In this document: piece after piece, positions 37,251-51,056 of the stretch
Layout of the letters: the number at the start of each line of letters is the position of its first letter
Numbering within the stretch: the stretch's first letter is position 1
Origin: Nemertoderma westbladi
Taxonomy: Eukaryota; Animalia; Xenacoelomorpha
Assembly: GCA_032718475.1 (NCBI GenBank)
Contig: JAUCBJ010008976.1
Coordinates: 122,015 to 186,014, forward strand
Direction of reading: 5' to 3'
DNA length: 64,000 nt
The notes under the pieces: model-generated
What the model was told of the DNA's origin: nothing
Database searches by the model: none
The model's input: the letters and a program-made list of their open reading frames with translations, nothing else
Program-made: the position numbers and the translations under genes

Positions 37251-38586
37251 GTTTATGCGATTATTCGCAACATTCATATCCCCAAGTTTATTCCTACAGT
37301 AATTGTGCTTGTTATATATACCGTTATAGTTAAATTAACCCCGGTACTACATCAGGGCTGCTCGGCGTAGGTAAAGACTGGTGATTTTGTGCACCGGTCA
37401 CTCCAGCAGATGCCGTGGTTCTTTTAGCTGTACAAGTGTTTCTAACTACTGATTATTTGTTGTACAAGTACTTGTACCTAATTTAGGGTTTAGTGTACAG
37501 TGCTTTCCGAAGGTAATTAGTGTGTAGGCAGTATATTTGTGTTGTAAAGTGGTTAATAGGCACGTTGGTTCTGGTAGACCGCGGTAATTAACTTCTAGGT
37601 AGGGACACTCCGGGATACATAACGTAGTACCTATAGCGATACGGCTATAGGTCGTCAGACGGTGGTATTTTCCTATCTGGACAACGCAGTGTATTTACTA
37701 CTACTTATTATTTTCAAATACCGTACTATCCTGTCCGTTTGTAATAACCAGATTTCTAGCCCTTTGTTAGGCTGGTTTGTAGACTTCTTCAAAATTCTTC
37801 AAAATTCTAAAAATTCGTATTTGTGTTTTTTTTAATTTTTGTGTTTATTTAGAGATTGTAATCTCACCCCGAATTGTACGTAATTTGTAGTATTAAGTAA
37901 CTTAGGTAAATTAGAATTATTTGTTTTAGTGTCCAACAAGTAGCACTTCACTGAGAGCGTACAGCTTCTGTGTAGTGACTCTTTCTCAGAAATAATAACA
38001 TTTATTTCAAATATTGACAAAAACCCATTAAACGGGTATATATATTATAAATCAACTCTAAACGATTTATAAATAGTAGGCCTGCCATATAACAATTAGG
38101 TCTCAATATTAGTTGGACTACTGCTCAAATAACGGTAATAAAGTAAGTAAAGTAACCAAGTAACCCCTAAAATTCAGAAATTCAATTATTTAAAATAATT
38201 GATATACCGGTATTCACGATAGGCCTATTATCTTTATTTCTATAAATTTAGGCTGAAATTATACCGGTATTCTGTAATTAATTCTAGTCCAGAATTATAC
38301 TTATATATACTATAAGTGTAGGCTGTATACCGGTATTCACGATAGGCCTATTATATATATATATATATTTGTGCTAAAATTATATACCGGTATTCTGTGA
38401 CAAACCTAGTCTGTAATAAAATTTATATATACTATAAGCATACCGGTATTCTAATATATTATATATATATCACGCTACACTGAGTAGCAGTATCGGTAAT
38501 TAATTACTAGGCTAACAGTTAATACTGAATTACTAGACTTGCTTAGACTGTAATATAGCAGTAGGCATTCAACTGTGCAAACAAAC

Positions 38587-41500
38587 ATGTCTGATACTAA
38601 GCAGAACCTGTCAGACAGTTTATTAGATTAACTATTTGCGACTCAGATAGGGGTGTTGAACCGTCTAGATCTAAGTTCCGTTCACCTCCTACTGTGAGGA
38701 AGGTCATCCCTCCTGTAGTAATATCAGACCCTAGGCTAATCCAACACTGTAGGTCTATCATCGGTACTCGGGCCCAAGTTAAGCGGCATCAAGAAGCAGC
38801 TGTCAAACAGCAGCAACCTCCTAGCCTATAACCTAGTTCTCAGCGGCCCGAGAGCTCCAGTAGTTCGGATACTGCTGAGCTAACGCCCGAACGCGGAGCG
38901 AAGATAGCGGATACGGTTTATTCGGATCCCCTTCTCATCCTTCCTGCAGCCGTACTCACCAGGGTATTGATTGCGGTGGAGGAACACCAGATTGATTGGA
39001 CGAGAAGTAAGCGAGCGACCAAGGATAGTTATGCGGGATATACACGGGAAGAACTGAAGTCTATTGTCGAGTCGCAATGGAGCTTCCCCGGACCCGGACT
39101 ACCGTTTGACTTATCGGAAGCTGCTTGGGAAGACATACACAGGATGGGAGTAACAAAGGAAACCATCGATCCAGCTGTATGGAAGAGGTCAGCAGCCGGA
39201 TACGTACAGGGATTCTTCAGCTCTATGGAGCGATTAGAGGAACAACTGTTTAGACAACCACAAGGACCTCAAGAGCAGGGAGAGCTGCTTTATCAAGTTA
39301 GAGAAAGAATTCTAAGAATCAGACTAATCTTATCTGCCTTTGAGGAGGCTTCGAAAAGAAAGCAAGACACATCGTTGCAAGTTGCCGTAAAGACTTGGTT
39401 ACAGTGGGTGAGTCTCCAAGTTCAAAGAGCTGCCCCGTGGAAATCGCAGTTAGATGAGCGCTCAACACTTGGGGAATCCACAGATGCTACCTTTTCCCAA
39501 GTGGAAAGTGAAGCGACAGCAGAGAAACCGCATAAGAGGGATGCTATTGACATCTGTCAGACTATCAACGCTTTTTGGGTGATGAAGAGTTGAGGAGAAG
39601 GCTGGAAGGACTTAGCCCTAATAGTGAAGGAGCCAAACTTGTGTTGGACGCGATCGATGCGGATATGATAGCTGCGAACCAAGCTAAATTTGATGAACAA
39701 CTCCGCATCGCTAGAGTCCAAGAAGAACAAGTAAAGAAAAGGCGGATAGAAGCCAGAAAGGCAACAGCAGTAGCAGCGGCAATGGCAACGGCAGAAGCAG
39801 AAAGAAAAGCGGCGGTAGCAACGGCAGTTGCAATGGCAGAAGCAGAAAGAAAGGCTGCAGTTGCAGCGGCAGAGGCAGAAGCGGAAAGAAAAACAGCAGT
39901 AGCAGCGGCAATGGCAACGGCAGAAGCAGAAAGAAAAGCGGCTGTGGCAGAAGCAGAACGGAGAGCGTCGGAAGAGACCACCCAACTGGAGTTGGAAAAT
40001 CTGCAAGAGACGCAAGACAACATAAATAAACAGTTAACAGATAGTCGAATGCAGATGATGAGTCGATCTACTCCCAAACGCCAAGGATATACATCATCTG
40101 AGGAAGGCGATACTACCGATGCTGAAGGCGGAGGAAATAGATCTCGTCTAAGCAGACGTAGAAGAACATCTCACCGTCAGAAATTGCCTGATTTGCTCCC
40201 AGCTGTTAAAAGACAACTAACTAGCGTAGGCTTAGGTAGTACAGAACTCACAGACCAAATAATTAAAATAGAAAGACTCCCTACTATAGTAGATGAGCCT
40301 GAAATAATTAGGCCTGTTCTTGAAATCACCCCTTCGGTGATAGAGACACCTGTACTCCCAGAACCTACCTTTAAATTCCCTTTACACAGCACCAAATTAT
40401 CTGTGCCTAGAGGAACAGCCCCGGAAACAGTGTCGGTCCTGGACTCCGAGCGAAATATAAAAGATATATCGCCCGTAGTCCCTCGTCTGCCCGCTACAAC
40501 GTTGGCGGATCCCGCTTCGGCGGTTGATTGGGTAGACGAGAGACAGCGGGGGATGGACATTCTCCTCGGAGAGATGAAGGAAAATCGAGTGCGCTCCTCC
40601 CAACAGGTCCGAGAGTTAGAAGGGACTGTTCAACAGTTAAAGGGAACCGTAAAGGAAAGTAGGTTAGAGTTGCAAGAAGTGCAGCAAAGTATCGCGCTAG
40701 AATGCGATAAATTAGCAAATTTACAAAAGGGTATACCACCACCCCCTGTAACAATATGTCAACCCGTTAGGTCTGAAGTATCTCATGCGCAAGGTGTGGA
40801 GCCTACACGCATCTATACTGCTAGCGAAGTAGAAACTCCTATAGTAAACCCTATTAAGGGTAATTATAAACCTGTTGACAATGATATCCCATATAGACTT
40901 GATAATAATCCGAGAAATTTATATACCGATAACTCGATATTAAATAACACGATGGCCCAAGAAAGTTTTACGCGTCAAATGGCTAGAACCGAAGCCCGTC
41001 AAGCGGTAAAGGTGGGAGAGATCGTCAAGTTCAATGGAGATGAGATGAAATGGTTACCTTTTAATGAATATTATAAAGATAACATACAGAACTCTGTGCT
41101 ATCTAACGGAGAGAAACTCAGATACCTCATCGAATGCTTGGAAGGAACTCCTAAGTTAATGGCGTTAAAACTTGTTGGACATCCAGATGGATTAAGACAA
41201 GTTTGGGATACTCTAAACTTCAGGTATGGTAATAGGAATAACATAGCTGGGTATTTGTATGCAAAGTTGGTAGCGCCCCGAAAGTTTATTAGCAGCGGGA
41301 TTATCGAGTTTTCCGATGAGATTCAGGAGATCTGCCGACAATTAGATTGGCTAGGTAAGTCTCATGAGTATCAGAGTGCTATGGTTATTAGAGCAGTGAC
41401 TTCTACTTTACCGAAAGGTGGAGTAGGTACACGCTGGGACAAGAAAGTGTTATATATGATGGAACAACAACAACGAGACCCTACCATGGCTGATCTCATG

Positions 41501-44500
41501 TCATTCTTGGATGGCGAGGTGAAATTACAGCTCATAAAGCAGTCCAGAGAGAAGACATCGGAAAGTAAGGTAAGTGAGAAACCCGTTTCTAGGAGAAAGG
41601 TAACACCAGTATGTTATACCGACGACGGCGAAAGCCAGAATTCTCAAGGAGAGGATAGCGGGAAAGATACTGAAAGATCTTATTATGTTATTATGTTTAT
41701 GTTTATTATGTTATTCAAAACAAGGTAAGTAACATCAAACTGAAATGTGTGCTATGTGACGGGACTCACCGTTTGAATATGTGCGATGAATTCCTAAAGA
41801 AATCATTAACGGAGAGACGGGAAGTCATGTGGGATAAGCGGTTGTGTTATAATTGCCTCAGACAAGGACACCAACGGCGAACCTGTTACTCTGACACAAG
41901 GTGTGCAAAGTGCGGTGCGAAGCATCATATCTTGTTGCACACTGAATTCGAGCGAAACAGCCAGGGTCAGGTGAGTGATTCCGAATTACATGTCCAATTC
42001 AGTGATGTGAACGACACTGACCAAAGTTCTGAGATGGAAGGATTCTATACGGACGAGTTCTCCGACGAAAACGAATCCTGTTACATGATAAATACCGCAG
42101 TGTATCGAGCACTCATGTATGAAAAAGACACAGACAGCGACCTCACCCTAACTACTTCTGATCAACAACCATCTTGGAAAGCGCCAACTTCCAATGTAGG
42201 GATCCGAGAATTTCCTGTAGTCCAGTTATGGGTCCACGGACCTCAAAGGAGTTATATAGTAAACGCCCTCCTTGACTCCGGTAGCACAGGAACATTCATC
42301 GACAAAGAACTAGCCGAGGACATCTTTGCTGGACAACCCAAATACCGAACTAAGCTAAACATGTCAGGAATAATGCAGGTTTGGAAATCTACAGTAATAG
42401 CGGATTATTACGTAGGTGCGTTGTCTACCCCCCAGGATGAACTAGGAGAACACAGTATAAGGTCAGTAAAAATGGTGGCGATAAAGAACTTCGCTACCAG
42501 CCAAGTGGAACCTTATAACTGGGATGAGGACGATTTCACCCAGCACCTTAAAATACCTAGATTCAACACCGATTACCCTGGAGTGCAAATACTCATCGGT
42601 CAAAACGCGCATGAAGCGCTCGAGACATTGGAGAAACGGCCCGCTCAACCGCAACCATTACAAGCTTATGCGGGAAGAACTAGAGTGGGTTGGTACTTTA
42701 CTGGCCCTTCCCGTAGAACTCTCATGGAAAGATTACCGAAAGATCAGGTATATCAAGTACGAGAATGGGAAGTTGAGAACAGTGAGTTAGACGATCCAAC
42801 TGAGGGAACTCCATACTCCTCAGACAACGACGATATACACCGACTCTTCGATGAGGAGAATACAATAGATCTCCTTACGGAAAACGAGACTTGGCAAAAC
42901 CAAGTAAACCTATGTCAGCTCATTCGTCCATCGGAATGAGACGACTATAACGACGAACTGAATGACGTCATTGAACGTTATAATGCCAAAACTCGGGATG
43001 AACACGCCGTACGATTCTTTACTCAAGAGGCTGTAGAGCCCAATTCGTACGACAAGGCCCTATCGGTAGAAGAAGAAAGAGCCAAGCAGATCCAAGAGAC
43101 AACTACCCGTTTTCTGAAAGATCAAGGTAGATATGAAATCGGTCTACCTTTCCGAAAGCGAGAACCAAAGTTCATCAACAACAGACCCTTGGCGGAGAAA
43201 AGAATTGCTCAACTACATCGACGCCTTACGGCAAATTCTTCAGCTAAAGAAATGTATCAAACGCAGTTGAAGAAATTTATTAGCAAGGGATATGCGGAGC
43301 TAGTATCGGAAGAAACACCTATAACTGAGAGAACGTATTATTTAACTCACCATTACGTTCCCAAACCCGGTAAACCTCACGAAGTACGAGTAGTGTTTGA
43401 CGGCTCCGCCCTCTACATGGGCCAATCCCTTAATTCCGAATTGTTACTCCAATCCTTGTTGGGAATACTTTTAAGATTAAGACAATATTCAGTTGCTTTC
43501 GCCTCAGATATAGAAGGCATGTTCTTACAAGTCAAGGCACTGGATAGGGATCGAGATAGCCTACGATTTCTGTGGTGGCCTGAAGGAGACCTCAACCAGA
43601 AACCGGTGGAGTACTGGATGACCATCCAGGCTTTTGGAATAATCTCAAGCCCTTCAAACGCCTGTTCAGTGGTGCGCACCACTGTGGATGACAATCGGGA
43701 AGCCTTCTCTAAAGAGGTGATCGACAATATCAAACGAGACATATACATGGACGATAATCTAAAGTCCCTTCCATCAGTCAAAGAAGCCATTGATGTCGCT
43801 AAAGGAACGGTAGAGTGTTTAAAAAGAGGTGGATTTCGATTAACTAAATTCACCAGCAACTCCCGTGAGTTTCTGGAATCGATCCCGGTGGAAGATCGAG
43901 GAGCGAAAGACTTAGACCTAATCAAAGATGATCTTCCAGAGACTAAGACACTTGGTTTGAAATGGGACACAGAGAGGGATATCCTGTTTTTCCAGCTAAA
44001 ACAGCGAGATAATCCAGTTCGAACTAAATGGATTTGTTTAAGTATCCTGAGCACTTATTTCGATCCATTGGGATTTATTAGCCCAGTTATATTAATTGCT
44101 CGGAGTTTAGTACAACAAATGTGGCTAGAAAACCACTCATGGGACGATCCACTTAAGGGAGAATTATTAAAGAAGTGGATGAAATGGGAAGATTCTTTAC
44201 CAGCCATCGAGAACTTTATAATTTCCCGTTCATATTTTGGTCATGTTCTCCCTACGTATTCCTATCAACTCCATGTGTTTGGAGACGCCAGCGATATGGG
44301 AATAGGTATAGAAGCCTACCTAAGACTGGAAACTCCAGATGGAATCAAGGTTGCCTTGGTTACCTCTAAGGCGTTGATAAACAACAAGTTGAAGGTTCCT
44401 CGAGCGGAGTTAAAGGCGGCTCTATACGCTACAGCCATCGGTCGGAATGTAACGGAACAGATCGATTATCCATTGGAGAAAACTGTCTATTGGACCGACG

Positions 44501-46629
44501 CTTTACTCGTGTTGGAGTATATAACCAATGAAGTCTGTCAGTTCAGCGTCTTCGTTACCAACAGAGTAGCCATTATACTTAGTCGCACGACGATGGACCA
44601 ATGGAGACATTGCCCCGGAACGATCAATCCAGCCAACATCGCCTCCAGGGGAGCAACTCCACAAGAACTGGTAGATACTCCAGACTGGTTAGGTGGACCC
44701 GACTTCCTGTACAAAGAAGAAGAAGAATGGCCTCCTCATCTTACTACAGCAGAGATTAGACAGGCCAAGGGAGCGGAGAAAGTTAAACCTAAAACTCGGG
44801 CGAGTAAATCGAAGTTATTTAAACCTATGGTAGACCTGTCCGTACTACATACTTCCGGAGACGACGCTTTGGATCAGAAACCCACAGCCGCAAACAAGCA
44901 GGTTATGGAAATCCGTGAGAAGGATTGGAAATCTGGAATACCAGACGTTTCGCAAGGACTCTCACCTCTCCTGCAGAGAGCGATACATCACTACAGTTCC
45001 TGGAATCGGCTCTGTAAAGCCGTAACATATTTAAAACGATGTTTTCATCATCACTACTCCGGGAAGAAGACCAATAGTGATACAGCTCCACTGACATCAG
45101 TGCAGGTCCATGTTGCTAAAGATCTTCCCAAATATAAGATATCAGACAGGTTTCTGAAGGAGAAGATCAGCTATCAGGAGCATGAAGAAACCAACAAACA
45201 GATGCTGAGACTCCTGCAATGCTATGAGGATTCCGATAAGTATTTCCTGTTGTTGAGAAATCCACAGATGCGCTTAAGGGATCGTTTCTCTAGCACAATG
45301 ATAGATGGGTTGATACGTGTTGGAGGAAGATTAACGAATGCTCCATTATCCTTTGACACTAAGTTTCCCATACTCATTAGAAATCTTGAAATACAAGTCA
45401 AGATGATTGTAGATGTTCACAGCAAACTTTATCATGCTGGTAGAGAACGAGTTCTTAGCGAAATTCGAACTCGCTATTATTTCTACAAACCCCGTAGAGC
45501 TCTGAACCAAGTTCTTAGGAACTGCATACCCTGTAGGAAAGCGTTCAGTAGGCCTTTAACACAGCGAGAGGCAGAATTACCTAGGGAAAGAGTAAGCTTC
45601 TATGAACCACCCTTTACTAACACCAGTGTAGATTTATTTGGCCCTATTGAAGTGTATCGTGCTAGAACTATAGTCAAGAGATGGTGTGTCATCTTTGTTT
45701 GTATGACTTGTAGAGCTATCCATCTCGATATTGTGAACGATTTGTCTACCAACAGCTTCCTATTAAGCTTACGACGACAGATCGCTCGCTTTGGAACTAG
45801 TAACACAATGAGATCTGATAAGGGAACGAACTTCATTGGTGCCAACAATGAAATCAAAGCTTACGTCAAAGATTGGAACCAAAGACAGGTGGATGATCAG
45901 CTAAGAGTAACAGCGTCTAGCTGGACCTTCAACGCCGCCGACGCCCCTTGGTGGGGAGGAAGTTGGGAGAGATTGATTAGAAGTGTGAAGACCGCATTTC
46001 ACTTTATAGTGCCTTGCCGCGCGTATCTCACCGACGAACTTTTGCGGACGTTAATGGAGGAAATCGCCGCCTATCTCAACAAGAGACCGCTTATGCCAGT
46101 CTCATCGAGCCCCGATTCCCTGGAAGCGCTAACACCCGCGCATTTCCTACTGAAGAAACCTGTAGCCATGCTCCCACAATCGGAAATCACAGACGGAGAC
46201 GAATACTGCCGGCAAACTTGGCAACTTATGCAGTTGTTATCCCGTCGTTTCGCTGACCATTTCGAGAAACATTATCTGCCCACGCTACAACTTCGAACTA
46301 AGTGGTTTGCGCAGCAAGAAAACGTCAGCGCTGGAGACATGGCCCTTATTGTAGATTCAGATCTTCCACGTAAGCGGTGGCAAACAGGTCTTATCATCGA
46401 GACTCACATCTCGGATGACGGTTTGGTGCGATCGGTAGAACTCGTCGTCATGCGACGTAACTTCAAGAAACCGGGAATTGTCTTTGAGACACAGCAGCTC
46501 AATCGCCCAGTTGGTCGTTTGTGTTTACTGGAAAGAGACAGAGAACTCTCCAGAAACTATGGAAGACAAGATACTCTTCCCACGACCACCTCCCTAATAC
46601 AACAAACATCTAGGGACTCCCCAGCTTAG
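38587..46629 (+). pseudogene. gag-pol: gag-pol polyprotein of element C (frameshifts/stops near 38630, 38828, 39555, 41690, 42937)
   Basis: Gag knuckles CYNCLRQGH, protease LLDSGS, RT SDIEGMF/YMDD, RNase H FGDAS, integrase HAGRE/DLFGP/RSDKGTNF/WERLIRSVK, BEL-type C-terminal tail. Confidence 0.95.
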
Positions 46630-48263
46630 TAACATCTGGAGTGGGTGTGTGACCATATTATTTTATATTCTTATTATTTTATACTTATGTATGCATTATT
46701 ATGTAATTTTATTCTAATCGTTTTATTTAATTTTATTTAGTAGAATGTTATTTAGCGATTATTTAGTAGATTAGTGCAATATATATTCGCGTTTATTACT
46801 TAATTACTTATATATTATATATTTAATGCGACGGCGAGAAATAATTCTTTTTTCTCTTTCCTTACTATGCGTATTATATTATAAATACGTGACTACAGTA
46901 AGATGAAATGTCTGTACTTATCAAAGTACAATAAAGCCACTACTATATTTAAGTATTATTGGTAAGCAGAGTATTAGGAATGCAAAGTTCAGATCCTCGT
47001 GTCTCGGCTAAACCAAGCTCTGGGTAGACCTTGGAAACGACTTGCCTCCTCACACTGACATTGCTTCGTGCGATATTGCTCTCATACCGTATATTAAATA
47101 ATACATATAGTAGCGTGATGTCCCTTTAACAGTAGCGTAAAACGCAAAATAAATCTGTTAAACCCTTTGACCATCTGCAATTCTATTCGATTAAGATATC
47201 GCGGCACCCACCGATATACTTGAAAGACAAAATTCTAGAATCAGTGGTTAACGTCCCCAGACTTGTTCTGGAATAAACCGGTGCCCATCCTAAATATTAA
47301 TTATTAATATTTATAAAATCTGTCAAATTTCAGATCCTTTAAAATTCTAGTCGATTAAGATATCGTAGCACTTACCGATACTCTTAAAAGGACAAATCCC
47401 TAGAATCAAGGATCCCAGTCCCCAGACTTGTTCTGGAATAAAATTGTGTCTATTTAACATTAAATAATAAAATTTACGGGAATAAATTTAAATTCATATT
47501 TTAATGAATTCAATAAATTGTTATTTTTATACAATTTATAATATTCCCAAAATTCCATTAATTAATAGATCATGGGAGCAGAGATTCACCTATTAAGTGT
47601 ATTAGTGTGCGAGAATCTCCAATATAGAGTCAATAGCCGATAAAATTCATAAAATCATATATAAAGATGATATTGACCATTAAAGTCTTACTATTAAATA
47701 GCATCCCAGATCTGTATGCATGGGAATTACCCTAATTCTACCGCTAGCTTTCCATAATGTCACCATAGCAACAACCACGCTAGAATTAGAAGCGAGTTAA
47801 CAGAACAATAAAAAGCTTGCTCATTGAATAGCATACGGAATAAATAGCACACTGTTAGTATCCAAGGATACATAATAATAACGTGACATTCTGGAAGGCA
47901 CTTGACTAACGGACAAATGACCCGAATGTGTGACAGAATGTGTACCATTTGTGACAGTTACGTGGAATTTGTGCGTTTGTAGGTGAATGTTACTACTAAG
48001 GTGTGTTTACAGTAGCGAGTCGCAATTGTGAAAGTAGCCCTAACTCTCCAGTAAGAACCTGAAGTATATCTAAGCCTTTGGGATGGACGGTGGAGTGACT
48101 CATGCTGGTTGTTGTAGTCGTTGTGCAGCTACGACGTTGACGTCGGCGAAAGTACACCAGCGCTGAGGATCTCGCACTGTCCGGGGGCAGAGAGGGGTAG
48201 GCAGCGACGCCCGCTCGCCTAAATATAAACTCATTATAATATGGATAAACTTATATAGCAGAT

Positions 48264-49843
48264 ATGATTGAGTTGATAGAAGACGATCTTGGTATCAGGG
48301 AGCGATATACTCTACCTTTACAAGCGTTTGTTGATAGCTTGATACGCGGTGACGCTGGTCCAACTACTACGGAGGATGATGGTCGTTATATCTAACCGCC
48401 AATGTCCCGGGAGCAACTTGCGCGTGGGTTGAACTGTAGAAAATTCACCGCTCGCTGTGCGCGTCGTAAATGGTACGTATATGGACTTCTTAACTACTGG
48501 TCATCCTATCGACCTACACGATACGAACGATATAGACACCAAAAGGGAAATGGTTTTATTTATATATCATACCCAGCGGAGGCGGAACAATAAACCGAGA
48601 ATCGAACATGAGAATTCTATTAGAAATCGACTCGAAAGAGAAGACGTTGAGGGACCGGATAAACGCAGCGACTTCACCAAAATATCTGGAATTCTTGAGA
48701 GAAACATATCTCGATATTACCAGTCAACAGAATCTAGAAACTCGATATCCTCAAGGTATACATCATGACCGCATGGTAGAACTCAAACGGCTCTATTCCA
48801 CTATGATGTATCTTACCGCCGATCGACTGCTACCTGTTGTACCGGATAGCTTCGAACAGATGGAGGAATATTGTAAGCTGGAGAAAGATCACTCGCGTTT
48901 CCCCTACAAGACGTGCGTCTTTGGTATTATTGCGATGAATGTCCTAGACCCAACCAACAAACGGAATGACATAAACATCCACGGAGACGTTGCTTTAAAC
49001 ACGGTTTTACTCGCTATACTTGCGGGAGTTTCGAGCGAAATTTGTTTGATGTATCACCTACGCTCGTTCGACTCAGACGATCCTTACATAAACCGATGAT
49101 CAGAGTTCCGGAATACTCGATCAGACCTCCTCATTCCCTAGTGAGACCTCAGGCTCTTGATCCTATTAGTATGACGGATCCTCCCGAGCTGTACTCACTG
49201 TTCAAAGATCTGGTGTTGCCTGAACAATTAGTCGGTGGCACCCCGGTTGTGGGCTTCCTAGATATTAGCCCATCCTACCTAGCCGGATTGGGACGCGGAC
49301 ATTTAATATCGCCGTTTAACCCTTACCATCGTCCCGGCTTAACCCGATACAACCTGTCACTGAGGCGGAGGAGAGAGTTGTACGAGACGCGTTGGACACT
49401 ATTCGTCAAAAGATCTGAAAATGAACCTACAATGGTTTAGAGAAACGTAAATTGCAGTAGAAAAGTCCAAGTGATAAACGAATTAACTTTATCTCAGTTC
49501 GATCAGGGAATTCAGAATCTCTAAGAGGATATCGAACTTGGACGACCATATTCTCTGCGAGAGTTTTTGGGATGAACGTATCCAGCTACGAGCGGAGGAA
49601 AATCAGCTCGAGGAGAAGCATATCGAAACGGCGGATACCCCGACCATAATCCTACACCTTCTGATGCAATCATATTGCACCCTTCACCCAGGAGTTATGG
49701 CCCTCCTAGTAAAGTGGCTCCCCCCAAAGAGAAAAAGACTCTTGCTATCTTTAAAAAACTGCGTAAACGCCGTCCACGCAAGAAAGACTAACTGTTTAGA
49801 GTATTTTTATATTTTAGAAACTGTGATTTTTTATATTTTATAG
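48264..49843 (+). pseudogene. ORF3 of element C, frameshifted
   Basis: ORF pieces 48457-48768, 48608-49099, 49042-49440, 49538-49843 homologous to A and B. Confidence 0.8.
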
Positions 49844-49869
49844 AATTAAATCCCATTTTCTGGGAGCGG

Positions 49870-51056
49870 TGTAAAAGCTTTTGTGGGATATAACTGGCCC
49901 TTTTGCTTCGCAATCCAGTTTCCCTCAATGCGCTCAAATACTCTAAAGAAAAACTCCCTAACTCAAAGGATGAAAGCTACCGGCTGATTGGCTGATTTGC
50001 CTAGCGACGGTCTCTTTGTTCGGTTCGATCAACCAACCAGAGCAAGGTCAACCAAGCAGAGTGATTCATCCTGTGTGTTAGCTACGGGCTGCAAAGGCTA
50101 GGGAGGTTTGGCATTTCGACATCCGTGGAACCTATGGAATCTGGAACTCTGCCAATGAGAGCTTTCCCTTTTGTGTTGAAAGCTACCTGCAACAGCTCAC
50201 AGGGTTCAGTGTGTTGGTTTTTCCTGAGCCTAGAAACATCGGCTGTGGAATATTTCTGAATTATTCCAACATTAGAACGTCTTTAATTATAAGATCACAT
50301 AACTGTTACCGTGAGAACAGCACAGCACAGCACTGGACAGCGGAGGTACGGTACGGTACCTACTGCTGTATTGCACATTATTTACTCTATTTACTGTTTG
50401 TTATTAATTGTATCATTTGTTTACATATTGTTATTTGGAGAATAACGATAAACGATCAGAAACCCCGATCTTCTTGATACACTAAGGTTAGAGAGAACGG
50501 TTACATATAGCAATTGCGGCTTATATTATCGTGGTTTGTAGTGAATTGAATGCTATTTTATAGGCCCTACAAATGTCGGTTGCTATTCTCTTTATATATG
50601 ATTAAAATCAGTGACTATCGGCAGTGCAGTGTGCAGTGGTGTGCAATAGTCTGTATGTGCTTGTCCGTGTAACAAAGCATCTCCTAAAGAATGCGCCTTA
50701 TGTGTAACTTATAATCCATTCTGTTGTGTTTAGTGTAAGCCATAGCTCTGTTTACATAGATAGAGCGCCACGTCCTAAAGGAACTGCTAATATTTCCCGA
50801 AAGTGAATGATATTTGTCAGGAATTATATTAACGATCAATCGAATATTACGGTAGGCCTGCACCGCAATCAAATTAAAGCATCCAAATCCAGTCTCCCGG
50901 GTATATCCAGCGGGTGAATGGTCGCGCATAGACTGGCTTCGGCTAATGTTGGATTTATTTGTGTCAAATACTTGTCATAGGCTAAAGTCGATTTATAACC
51001 TAGAAGACATATAGATTTGGCGGGTTAAACTGCCAAAGGTCTCAAAAGCGCGAACA
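49870..51056 (+). repeat. 3' LTR of element C
   Basis: Preceded by GGGAGCGG; direct repeat of 35202-36389. Confidence 0.97.

Larger units (their letters stand above)
35202..51056 (+). mobile_element. BEL/Pao element C, full-length (15.86 kb) but mutated
   Basis: LTRs 35202-36389 and 49870-51056 with only about 7 differences by eye; perfect TSD GTATC (35197-35201 / 51057-51061); order Gag-PR-RT-RH-IN. Confidence 0.98.

Noticed and set aside
39557-40077. Cys-rich or Ala-rich antisense ORFs (also 29961-30233 and 56550-56925)
   Set aside because: Shadows of the AEAERKAA repeat in gag
48264-49843. ORF3 as an envelope gene
   Set aside because: No signal peptide, no Cys-rich ectodomain and no convincing transmembrane anchor; only the position is env-like
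50211-50929. Short ORFs repeated within LTRs
   Set aside because: Repeated only because the LTRs are duplicated; not conserved as ORFs between subfamilies
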